In this document: positions 1 to 8,087 of the stretch, piece after piece | Position numbering within the stretch: the stretch's first letter is position 1 | How the letters are laid out: each line of letters opens with the position of its first letter | Notes under the pieces: generated by a model | What the model saw: only the letters and a program-made list of their open reading frames with translations | Databases searched by the model: none | Told to the model about the DNA's origin: nothing | Assembly: GCA_964593705.1 (NCBI GenBank) | Contig: CAZQIV010000018.1 | Coordinates: forward strand, 586-64,585 | Source of the DNA: an uncultured Lentimicrobiaceae bacterium | GTDB lineage: Bacteria; Bacteroidota; Bacteroidia; Bacteroidales; 4484-276 | Length of the DNA: 64,000 nt | Reading direction: 5' to 3' | Program-made: the position numbers and the translations under genes

Positions 1-1114
1 TCCCGTTGGGATGCAATTTAATCCTGATACCGCCCGCAATGAGATGATGGATTTTTGGGCTATTTTGTTTTCGCCTACAGCAATTAACAAGTTCCTGCAT
101 ACAATTTTTTCGGGTTATGTACTTGCCTCGATTTTTGTGGTAGGCATTTCTTCGTGGTTTCTTCTTAAAAATCGTGAGGCGCTCTTTGCCAAGAAGAGTT
201 TATTGCTAGCTTCGGTTTTCGGTATTGTTAGCTCAATTTTCCTCATTTGGACCGGCGATGAATCAGCACGTCAGATTGCCAGGGTTCAACCCATGAAATT
301 TGCCGCTATGGAAGCCATGTGGGATGGAAAGACAAATGCCCCGCTTGTTGCCATAGGTTTTCTGGAACAACCCGCACCACCTTATGAAAATGAAGGCTAC
401 AAGGAAAAAGAATTTGCATTTAAAATCGAAATTCCAAATATGCTCTCTTACATGGCCTTTCTCGATGCCAATGCATTTATACCCGGGATAAAAGATTTAG
501 TTAACGGATACACCGATCCGGAAACAGGCAAGGTTACACTATCATATTTTGATAAAATCAAATTGGGACGCGAAGCGATTACTACACTAAAAAACTACAA
601 AGAAGCAGTAAATGCAGGTGATGAAACCACCGCCGCTATCTACAAAACAAAATTTGAGGATAAGGAATGGATGGCCAACACATTCAGGTATTTTGGCTTT
701 GGCTACTACAACAATGAGAACTTTTCAGGTTTAATTCCCAGCGTTCCTATATCATTTTACTCCTTCCACCTTATGGTGGTACTTGGCGGACACTTTTTGG
801 CATTGTTTATTTTAATGCTCATTTTCTCGTTGAAAAACAAACTTGAAAAAATGAGGTGGCTTCTTTACATTGGGCTATGGACAATTCCATTGGTATATAT
901 TGCACAACAATCGGGTTGGGTTTTGGCCGAACTTGGCCGTCAGCCTTGGGTTATACAGGATTTGATGCCGACCCTTGCGGCAGTTTCAAAAATTGATGCT
1001 ACCAGTGTACAAATTACCTTTTGGTTATTTGCTGCCACATTCACCACGCTTTTAATAGCTGAAATAAAGATTATGCTTACACAAATTAAAAAAGGAATAT
1101 CAGGAGGACACTAA
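1..1114 (+). CDS. cydA: cytochrome bd quinol oxidase subunit I (CydA), 5' end outside window
   Basis: The frame of ORF 11..1114 stays open back to the window edge. It is a polytopic membrane sequence with the CydA C-terminal signature AELGRQPWVIQ. A CydB-like ORF starts 1 nt after its stop. Confidence 0.9.
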   Translation, partial: PVGMQFNPDTARNEMMDFWAILFSPTAINKFLHTIFSGYVLASIFVVGISSWFLLKNREALFAKKSLLLASVFGIVSSIFLIWTGDESARQIARVQPMKFAAMEAMWDGKTNAPLVAIGFLEQPAPPYENEGYKEKEFAFKIEIPNMLSYMAFLDANAFIPGIKDLVNGYTDPETGKVTLSYFDKIKLGREAITTLKNYKEAVNAGDETTAAIYKTKFEDKEWMANTFRYFGFGYYNNENFSGLIPSVPISFYSFHLMVVLGGHFLALFILMLIFSLKNKLEKMRWLLYIGLWTIPLVYIAQQSGWVLAELGRQPWVIQDLMPTLAAVSKIDATSVQITFWLFAATFTTLLIAEIKIMLTQIKKGISGGH

Positions 1115-1115
1115 T

Positions 1116-2297
1116 ATGTTTGAATCATTATCACTTTTAGCATTACAACAATACTGGTGGATGATTGTATCATTGCTCGCCAGTCTGCTGGTTTTCCTGT
1201 TCTTTGTGCAAGGCGGACAAACCATGATTTACAGCCTCGGAAAAACCGATATGGAGAAAAAAATGATTGTTAATTCGCTGGGGCGAAAATGGGAATTTAC
1301 ATTTACGACACTTGTAACATTTGGTGGCGCATTTTTTGCCAGCTTCCCACTTTTTTACTCCACAAGCTTTGGTGGTGCCTATTGGGTTTGGATGCTTATT
1401 TTATTTGCATTTATAATTCAGGCTGTAGCTTACGAATACAGAACCAAGCCCAACAATTTTTTGGGAACAAAAACTTATGAAGTTTTCCTGATTATAAACG
1501 GAGCGCTTGGAACCATCCTGGTAGGGACAGCCGTTGGAACATTTTTTAGCGGATCGGCTTTTTCGGTAAATAAACTTAACCTTACCAATATTTTTGGCAG
1601 CGGTTCAACAACTATTTCTGCCTGGGAAGGGTCGGCGCATGGCCTTGAAGCAGCATTAAATATTCAGAATCTTTCGTTAGGATTGGCCATATTTTTCCTT
1701 GCAAGAATCCTCGGCATCCTTTACCTGAAAAGTGACATTGACGATGAAAACATTGTAGCCCGCGCCAAAAAACACCTGCTTTACAACACCGTTCCCTTCC
1801 TTGTATTTTTCCTGACCTTTGTTGGAATACTGCTTACACAGGATGGATTTGCAGTAATACCACAGGCAGGTGTTGACCCGCTACTTTGGAAAGTCGAAAT
1901 GGAACCCTTCAAATACCTCCACAACTTCCTGGCTATGCCTACGGTTTTAATATTATTCCTTATCGGTGTAGTTGCAGTGCTTTGGGGAATTATAGGAACC
2001 CTTATCGGGAAATGCCACAAAGGAATATGGATGGCAGGTTTGGGGACAGTGTTAACGGTTTTCTCCGTTTTGTTAATTGCCGGATTCAACAACACGGCCT
2101 ACTATCCGTCAACCTTTAACATCAACCATTCATTGACCATTATGAACAGTTCGTCAAGCAAATTTACGCTGACGGCAATGAGTTATGTTTCGCTCATGGT
2201 ACCCTTTGTGCTGGCGTACATTATTTATGCATGGCGTGCCATAAACAACAAGAAAATTACAAGCGAGGAGATGGACAGTGAATCTCATACCTATTAA
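1116..2297 (+). CDS. cydB: cytochrome bd quinol oxidase subunit II (CydB)
   Basis: 393-aa polytopic membrane ORF tightly coupled to cydA, with length and hydrophobic pattern typical of CydB. The ORFs nested inside it (1289..1480, 1781..2095, 1886..2119) are treated as artefacts. Confidence 0.9.
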   Translation: MFESLSLLALQQYWWMIVSLLASLLVFLFFVQGGQTMIYSLGKTDMEKKMIVNSLGRKWEFTFTTLVTFGGAFFASFPLFYSTSFGGAYWVWMLILFAFIIQAVAYEYRTKPNNFLGTKTYEVFLIINGALGTILVGTAVGTFFSGSAFSVNKLNLTNIFGSGSTTISAWEGSAHGLEAALNIQNLSLGLAIFFLARILGILYLKSDIDDENIVARAKKHLLYNTVPFLVFFLTFVGILLTQDGFAVIPQAGVDPLLWKVEMEPFKYLHNFLAMPTVLILFLIGVVAVLWGIIGTLIGKCHKGIWMAGLGTVLTVFSVLLIAGFNNTAYYPSTFNINHSLTIMNSSSSKFTLTAMSYVSLMVPFVLAYIIYAWRAINNKKITSEEMDSESHTY

Positions 2298-2335
2298 TAA
2301 TTAAAGTTCTTATCATTCATTATAAATTTAAACTT

Positions 2336-2461
2336 ATGTATTTAATACAAATATTATATCTACTAACATGGCCGGGAGTTATCCTGCTTTCATATTGGCT
2401 GGTAAATTATTACCTGAAAAAACTCGATAAAAAACTTGCCAAAGACGGCGAAGAAATTTAG
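2336..2461 (+). CDS. 41-codon single-TM small protein, CydX-like candidate (below the ORF-track cutoff)
   Basis: ATG at 2336 and TAG at 2459-2461, translated by hand as MYLIQILYLLTWPGVILLSYWLVNYYLKKLDKKLAKDGEEI. One N-terminal TM helix plus a charged tail. It lies 38 nt after the cydB stop and is followed by an intrinsic terminator. Confidence 0.5.
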   Translation: MYLIQILYLLTWPGVILLSYWLVNYYLKKLDKKLAKDGEEI

Positions 2462-2482
2462 GTTAATGTAATTTTAAGATAA

Positions 2483-2516
2483 ACGGCAGAACTTACTATT
2501 CTGCCGTTTTTATTTG
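2483..2516 (+). terminator. intrinsic terminator of the cyd operon
   Basis: Stem ACGGCAGAA (2483-2491) pairs with TTCTGCCGT (2499-2507), with a 7-nt loop, followed by TTTTTATTT. Confidence 0.8.
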
Positions 2517-2575
2517 AACAAATTCTGTGCTTTCAAGGTTTTAAGTTTCAAATAAACTAATAAAACTATCATACT

Positions 2576-3388
2576 ATGAAAAAACTCACGGCAATTTTGT
2601 TGCTACTATTTTCGGTAACTTTACTTCCGGCACAAACACTTTCGGGGCAGGCTGAGAACAATGAACCAACTCATTATAAAAACACGATGGAAGTCAGCGA
2701 CTTTACCGTTGTTGATTCTGACGGTGTTGAATGGAATCTTTACACACTACTCGACGGGGGAACAACGGTTATTCTCGACCTGTTCCAGAGTACGTGAAGT
2801 AGCTGCCAGGTATATGCTCCAATTTTAGAAGAAGTATATATCAACTGGGGAGAAGGTCAGGCCGATGTACAGATGATTAGCCTCACACCTTACGATGATA
2901 ACCAAGTAATTAACGAATACAAAGCACAATTCGGGGTTACCAACCCATGTGCCGGCCAGGAAGGTGGTTCTGGCGAGGCTATCGCGAAAATAATTGATGG
3001 CCAGCAATTTTTTGGCTATCCTACATATTGCGTGGTTTGCCCGGATAAAAAATTGCATTTCAATGTATGCTCTCCGCCCGATACTGATTGTTTTGACGAA
3101 TTTATTATTTCCTGCGGCGCTACTTCAACGGATGAAATTAAAACCGAAACTGAAGAAATTCATGTTTATCCAAACCCGGCTACTGATAATATTACGGTGA
3201 TTTTTGATGGTGTAAATTACACTTCCATTGAATTGTACAATGCTATGGGTGAAAAGGTAAAAAGCCTGAACCTGTCTTCACAGAAGAATTCGTTTAGCTT
3301 TTCTGTTTCAGACCTTCCTACAGGAATTTACTTTTTAAGAATTGGAGATAAAATAAACCAAACAACCAGAAAAATCAGCATTAAATAA
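2576..3388 (+). CDS. secreted thioredoxin-fold (TlpA/redoxin-like) protein with T9SS C-terminal domain; single in-frame TGA (Sec candidate, or a recent pseudogene)
   Basis: ORFs 2576..2797 and 2873..3388 share a frame, and the 75 nt between them contain no stop. The N-terminus is a signal peptide (MKKLTAILLLLFSVTLLPAQ). The sequence VILDLFQST-TGA-SSCQ matches the Trx-fold LDFWATWCxxC segment. The C-terminus (VYPNPATDNITV...GIYFLRI...KISIK) is a Por-secretion-tail type T9SS domain. Confidence 0.6.
2795..2797 (+). other. in-frame TGA at the position of the first redox Cys (U-S-S-C)
   Basis: Codon-by-codon reading gives acg(T) tga agt(S) agc(S) tgc(C) cag(Q). Confidence 0.9.
2809..2842 (+). promoter_or_regulatory. 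possible SECIS-like hairpin
   Basis: GGTATAT (2809-2815) can pair with ATATATC (2836-2842) with one G:U, and the stem can extend inward by G:U, C:G and U:A. It starts 11 nt after the TGA. It is AU-rich and imperfect, and was not validated by any model. Confidence 0.25.
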
Positions 3389-3417
3389 AAAGCGCTTTCC
3401 TGATTAAGAAAAAAACA

Positions 3418-3448
3418 AGTAGCACTATCTTATGGTGCTGCTTTTTTG
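3418..3448 (+). terminator. intrinsic terminator
   Basis: Stem AGTAGCAC (3418-3425) pairs with GTGCTGCT (3435-3442) with one G:U, followed by TTTTTTG. Confidence 0.7.
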
Positions 3449-3581
3449 TTGATCCATAAATTTCTCAATCACCCCCTACCCCATTGTTATCATGCAATTC
3501 AAGGGATTGTAAAAAGTTGAAAGGTGAATTTTATGAAGAATAATTTGTCTATGTAAAATAAACAGTTTTACTTTGACCGAC

Positions 3582-3611
3582 CGTTCAATCATAAATCGTT
3601 CAATCATAAAT
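3582..3611 (+). promoter_or_regulatory. perfect tandem 15-mer (CGTTCAATCATAAAT x2) abutting the tetR start; putative operator
   Basis: Copies at 3582-3596 and 3597-3611 are identical. The tetR ATG is at 3615. Confidence 0.35.
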
Positions 3612-3614
3612 ATT

Positions 3615-4205
3615 ATGCCACGAACACCTGAACAATTTAAAGAAATACGAGAAGAAAGGAAGCTTCTGATTACAAACACTGCACTGGAACTCTTTGCAGC
3701 AAAAGGATTTCATGGAACTTCAATAAGTATGATTGCAGAAGCCGCCGGAATTTCAAAAGGTTTGATCTACAATTATTTTTCGAGCAAAGAAGAATTGGTG
3801 ATTGAATTGATGAAATCAGGTTTTATGGATTTAATGTCATCATTCGATCCAAATTATGATAAAGTACTTAGCAGTAAAGAGTTGAAATATTTCATTATTA
3901 ACGTAATGAACAATACCGCCGGGAAATGTCATTTTTGGAGGTTGTATTTTTCGGTGATATCACAACCCATTGTTAATAATGTAGCTTTTGGTGAAATTAT
4001 GGAAATAGCGATGCCTTTCTTTAAAATCCTAACTGAATATTTTGAAGCAAAAGGGATTAATAACCCTGAAGTGGAAGCAAGATTTTTTGCAGCAATGATA
4101 GATGGGGTTACATTAAATTATGTATTTGATCCCGAAACTTTTCCATTGCATGAATCTATTAACAGGATTCTGGAGATTTATAATCTGAACGAAACAAAGA
4201 ATTAA
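3615..4205 (+). CDS. TetR/AcrR family transcriptional regulator
   Basis: The N-terminal HTH region (RKLLITNTALELFAAKGFHGTSISMIAEAAGISKGLIYNYFSSKEEL) is classic TetR_N. The start is taken at the internal ATG (MPRTPEQFKEIREER) rather than the ORF-track start at 3573. Confidence 0.9.
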   Translation: MPRTPEQFKEIREERKLLITNTALELFAAKGFHGTSISMIAEAAGISKGLIYNYFSSKEELVIELMKSGFMDLMSSFDPNYDKVLSSKELKYFIINVMNNTAGKCHFWRLYFSVISQPIVNNVAFGEIMEIAMPFFKILTEYFEAKGINNPEVEARFFAAMIDGVTLNYVFDPETFPLHESINRILEIYNLNETKN

Positions 4206-4234
4206 ACAATCATCAAAAAACAAATAAAATATCT

Positions 4235-4978
4235 ATGAGAAAGATAACATTTTTATGCTTCATCATTTTTGGCACATTGAGCATTTTTGCCCAGGATGCC
4301 AAAGAGATTGTTCAAAAAGCAAACGACCTGGCGCTTGGAACAACAAGCCAGGGCGAAATGACGATGACTATCGAGCGCCCATCGTGGACGCGCACTGTTT
4401 CGATGAAATCGTGGTCGAAGGGCACCGAATATTATTTGATTATGATTACCGACCCGGCTCGTGATAAAGGTCAGGTATTCCTGAAAAGTGGCAACGATAT
4501 GTGGAACTGGATGCCAGCCATCAGCCGCATGATAAAGCTGCCGCCTTCGATGATGAGCCAGTCGTGGATGGGCTCCGACTTCACCAATGATGACCTTGTA
4601 AAAATGAATTCCATTGTTGATGACTACACCCACAAAGTTTTAGGTGAGGAAAATATCAGCGAACTCGACTGCTACAAAATTGAACTCATTCCACATGAAA
4701 ATGCAGCCGTAGTCTGGGGGAAAGTTATTATGTGGATTGCGAAAGATGAATACTTCCAGATGAAAGCCGAATATTATGATGAGAACATGGCCTTGGTTAA
4801 TACCCAAACCGCAAGCCAGATAAGCCAATTCAACGACCGGAAAATACCCACGCACATGGAAATGATTCCTGCAGATAAAGAAGGGAATAAAACTATCCTC
4901 GACATGAAAAATATGATTTTTAACAAGGACATTCCTGACAGTTTTTTTTCGCAACAAAATATGAAACGGGTGAAGTAG
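4235..4978 (+). CDS. LolA-like outer-membrane lipoprotein-sorting family protein
   Basis: Signal peptide, then motifs ERPSWTRTVSMKSWSKG, PARDKGQVFLK and QSWMGSDFTNDDL that are typical of the LolA_like family encoded next to FtsX-type ABC permeases. Confidence 0.8.
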   Translation: MRKITFLCFIIFGTLSIFAQDAKEIVQKANDLALGTTSQGEMTMTIERPSWTRTVSMKSWSKGTEYYLIMITDPARDKGQVFLKSGNDMWNWMPAISRMIKLPPSMMSQSWMGSDFTNDDLVKMNSIVDDYTHKVLGEENISELDCYKIELIPHENAAVVWGKVIMWIAKDEYFQMKAEYYDENMALVNTQTASQISQFNDRKIPTHMEMIPADKEGNKTILDMKNMIFNKDIPDSFFSQQNMKRVK

Positions 4979-5187
4979 AGGAAAGAGTTAATAGTGTAAT
5001 GGTTAATGGTTATTAGTGTATTAGTTAATGGTTATTAGTTAATGGTTATTAGTTAATCGTGTAATAGTTATCCCGATAGTTATCGGGAGTGTAATGGATT
5101 CTTTAATGACAGGAACTCAATAACAATTCACTTAATAACTCCATAACTATTAACTTAATAACCCAATAACAATCAACATTCATACAT
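4979..5187. repeat. strand-asymmetric low-complexity inverted repeat (C-free arm 4979-5057, G-free arm 5114-5187) around a GC hairpin
   Basis: The left arm is built from GTTATTAGTTAATG-type words. The right arm is built from their complements (CATTAACTAATAAC-like). The central hairpin is TCCCGA-TAGTTA-TCGGGA at 5071-5088. Confidence 0.7.
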
Positions 5188-5315
5188 GAAAAATTCATGA
5201 TAATTAATAACACCCACGCTTGCCCCGATCATTCGGGGGGCATGAATGTCCGAAGGACTCCTACGGAGAAACATCTTTCTATATCATCCGTGCATCAGTG
5301 GCTAATTTTATACAG

Positions 5316-6539
5316 ATGAAAAATTATTTGAAAATAGCCTGGCGAAATCTTTGGCGCAACAAGCGGAGGACCATGATCACCATAGCATCCGTGTTTTTTG
5401 CTATATTTCTCGCCCTGCTCATGCGATCGATGCAGCATGGTTCGTATGACCTGATGGAACGGGATGCCATCAGAAACTCAACAGGTTTTATCCAGGTACA
5501 CGCACCCGGATACTGGGAAGATAAAACCATCGACAACACTTTTGTCAGCTCCCAAAAACTGATGGATGAGGTAAAATCCAATCATAATATTACCATGGTT
5601 ATTCCACGTCTTGAGTCCTTCGCGCTGGCTTCTTCCGGAAACATTACCAAGGGGATTGGGATTATTGGCACGAAACCAGAAATTGAGAACAGTATTACCA
5701 AACTTAATAAGAGAGTTGTTAAGGGGAAATATTTTAATTCCTTTGATGATAATGGAATTTTGCTGGGCGATGATTTGGCAAAATACCTTGAGGTAAAAGT
5801 GGATGATACCCTTGTTTTGCTTTCGCAGGGTTTTCATGGAATTACCGCAGCCGGCGAATACCAGGTGAGAGGCATTATTCATTTCCCGGCGCCTGAAATG
5901 AACAAACAACTAATTTACATGACCCTCAATGCGGCACAGTATTTTTATGCTGCCAACAATAGGGTTACCTCCTACTCCATAATGCTCGATAACCCGGACG
6001 AGCTTGATAAAACTTATGCACAACTAAATAGTGAATATGGAAAAGACTATGAAGTAATGCCCTGGGATGAAATGATGGTGGAACTCAAACAGCAAATCGA
6101 GAGCGATAATATCAGCGGCATGTTTATGCTGGCCATACTTTATGTTGTGGTTGCTTTTGGCATATTTGGCACCATCCTGATGATGACCCACGAGCGCCGC
6201 CGCGAATTTTCGGTTATGATCGCTATTGGTATGCAGCGCTACAAGCTTTCGCTTATCGTTTTTTTCGAGACCATTTACATGGGATTGATTGGCGTATTGC
6301 TTGGCGCTTTGGCGGCAGCCCCGATCGTTTACTACTTCTTCACAAACCCCATCCCTTTGGAGGGAGAAATGGCTAAGGCAATGGAAGAATTTAACGTGCA
6401 GCCCATATTACCATTTGCTTTTGACGGCAGCATTTTCTTGTCGCAGGCCATTATAGTTTTTATCCTAACTGTAATCATCGCGCTCTATCCTTTTATTAAT
6501 ATTAGCAAATTTAAGCTCACAAGTGGTTTAAGAGCCTAA
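5316..6539 (+). CDS. ABC transporter permease, FtsX/MacB-like
   Basis: N-terminus MKNYLKIAWRNLWRNKRRT is the canonical FtsX-permease start. It has a large periplasmic loop and a C-terminal FtsX 3-TM bundle. The start is moved from the ORF-track 5220 to the ATG at 5316. Confidence 0.85.
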   Translation: MKNYLKIAWRNLWRNKRRTMITIASVFFAIFLALLMRSMQHGSYDLMERDAIRNSTGFIQVHAPGYWEDKTIDNTFVSSQKLMDEVKSNHNITMVIPRLESFALASSGNITKGIGIIGTKPEIENSITKLNKRVVKGKYFNSFDDNGILLGDDLAKYLEVKVDDTLVLLSQGFHGITAAGEYQVRGIIHFPAPEMNKQLIYMTLNAAQYFYAANNRVTSYSIMLDNPDELDKTYAQLNSEYGKDYEVMPWDEMMVELKQQIESDNISGMFMLAILYVVVAFGIFGTILMMTHERRREFSVMIAIGMQRYKLSLIVFFETIYMGLIGVLLGALAAAPIVYYFFTNPIPLEGEMAKAMEEFNVQPILPFAFDGSIFLSQAIIVFILTVIIALYPFINISKFKLTSGLRA

Positions 6540-6563
6540 AGAAATCATTTAAAATCAATAAAA

Positions 6564-7784
6564 ATGTTAGCAAGACTTTCATGGAGAAATATTTGGCGAA
6601 ATAAGGTGAGAAGCCTGGTTGTAATTTTTGCCATTGCTGTGGGACTTACCGGTGGAATTTTCATTACCGGAATGATGAACGGCATGGTTGCTCAACAAAC
6701 TACCAACGCTATCAATAGTGAGATATCCGACATCCAGATTCACAATCCCGGGTTTTTGGAAAATAACAGTCCAAAGTTTTTAATTGATGATGCAGATCAA
6801 AAAATTATAAACATAAAATCAAATGCTTTGGTTACTGAAGCAAGCTACCGTAGTAAATCAACGGCAATGGCAAGCACAGCAAGCAAAGGAGCCGGGGCTA
6901 CCATTTATGGCATCATCCCTTCGATGGAGAAAAAAGTAACTTCGATACACGAAAAAATTGTACAAGGAGATTATTTTGAAACAGAGAGCAAAAGTCAGCC
7001 CATTGTGATCGGCGAAAAACTTTCACATAAACTCAATGCTGATTTAGGTAAAAAAATAGTCATCACAGCACAGGCACTCAATGGCGAAATGAGTTGGTCC
7101 TTGTTCCGAGTGGTGGGAATTTATAAAACCAACGATTCGCGCTTTGATGAAATAAACGTATTTGTGCAGAAAAAAGATTTGGACAAAGCACTTGGTATCG
7201 GGAACGACCAAGCCAACGAAATAGCCATCCGTACCACAAACCAAAATGATGCTGCTTCAGTTGCAAAAGCGCTACATACAACTTTTCCAAAACTGAGTGT
7301 ACAATCCTGGCGGGAAATCAAGCCTTCGCTGATTGTAATGATGACCATGATGGATCAGTTTGGCTATTGGCTGATGATCATCATTTTGTTCGCACTCATT
7401 TTTGGCATTATCAATACCATGCTCATGGTTATTATGGAACGGAAAAAAGAACTCGGCATGTTGATGTCGGTAGGGATGAATAAGCGGAGGGTATTTTGGA
7501 TGATCATGCTCGAAACCACGATGCTTTCGCTGGTAGGAGCCATTTTCGGTTTAATTATCAGTATTTCATTAATGCAATTATTTGGCAGTACAGGCATCAA
7601 TTTTGCCTCCTGGGCCGAAGGACTTGAGGCTGTGGGCTACAGCTCCTTTGTTTATCCTTATGTAAGTTCTGATTTTTACATTACTGTAACAATCCTGGTG
7701 ATTTTCACTGCAATTATTGCTTCCATCTGGCCCACACGCAAAGCTTTAAAACTCAACCCTGCCGAAGCAGTAAGGGCGGAGTAG
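6564..7784 (+). CDS. ABC transporter permease, FtsX/MacB-like (second copy)
   Basis: N-terminus MLARLSWRNIWRNKVRS and the same architecture as the preceding gene. Confidence 0.85.
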   Translation: MLARLSWRNIWRNKVRSLVVIFAIAVGLTGGIFITGMMNGMVAQQTTNAINSEISDIQIHNPGFLENNSPKFLIDDADQKIINIKSNALVTEASYRSKSTAMASTASKGAGATIYGIIPSMEKKVTSIHEKIVQGDYFETESKSQPIVIGEKLSHKLNADLGKKIVITAQALNGEMSWSLFRVVGIYKTNDSRFDEINVFVQKKDLDKALGIGNDQANEIAIRTTNQNDAASVAKALHTTFPKLSVQSWREIKPSLIVMMTMMDQFGYWLMIIILFALIFGIINTMLMVIMERKKELGMLMSVGMNKRRVFWMIMLETTMLSLVGAIFGLIISISLMQLFGSTGINFASWAEGLEAVGYSSFVYPYVSSDFYITVTILVIFTAIIASIWPTRKALKLNPAEAVRAE

Positions 7785-7847
7785 AAGATTATGTTATTGA
7801 GTTAATCGTTATTGGGTTATAAAGTTTATGAGTTCTAAAATCATTTT

Positions 7848-8078
7848 TAATTTCTAACATCAAACTTCTAACTTCTAAATTCTAACATCTAACTTCTAAC
7901 ATCTAACTTCTAACATCTAAATTCTAACATCTAAACTCTAACTTCTAACTTCTAAATTCTAACATCTAACTTCTAACATCTAAATTCTAACTTCTAATTT
8001 CTAACATCCAAACTCTAACATCTAATTTCCAACATCTAACATCTAACATCTATCATCTAACATCCAACATCTAATTTC
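7848..8078 (+). repeat. 33 uninterrupted heptamers, consensus TAAMWTC, inside a 257-nt G-free tract (7833-8089)
   Basis: Units were enumerated by hand: 231 nt equals 33 x 7 with no indel. Variation is almost confined to unit positions 4-5. The array ends 9 nt before the ABC ATPase start codon. Confidence 0.9.
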
Positions 8079-8087
8079 TTCACACCA

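Noticed and set aside
2795-2797. Alternative genetic code (TGA as a sense codon genome-wide) as the explanation for the in-frame TGA
   Set aside because: TGA clearly terminates other well-delimited genes in the window, for example 9101..9514 and 10936..11337, and the short ORF at 51145-51147. Gene lengths under the standard code are normal.
5220-5315. Extended N-terminus of the first FtsX permease (ORF-track start at 5220)
   Set aside because: The extension reads through a GC hairpin (5223-5238) and non-coding-looking sequence. The canonical permease N-terminus MKNYLKIAWRNLWRNKRRT starts at 5316.
7848-8078. Possible CRISPR array (regular short repeats)
   Set aside because: The units are 7 nt and contiguous, with no spacers. 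No cas genes are present in the window. It is a simple-sequence array, not a CRISPR.
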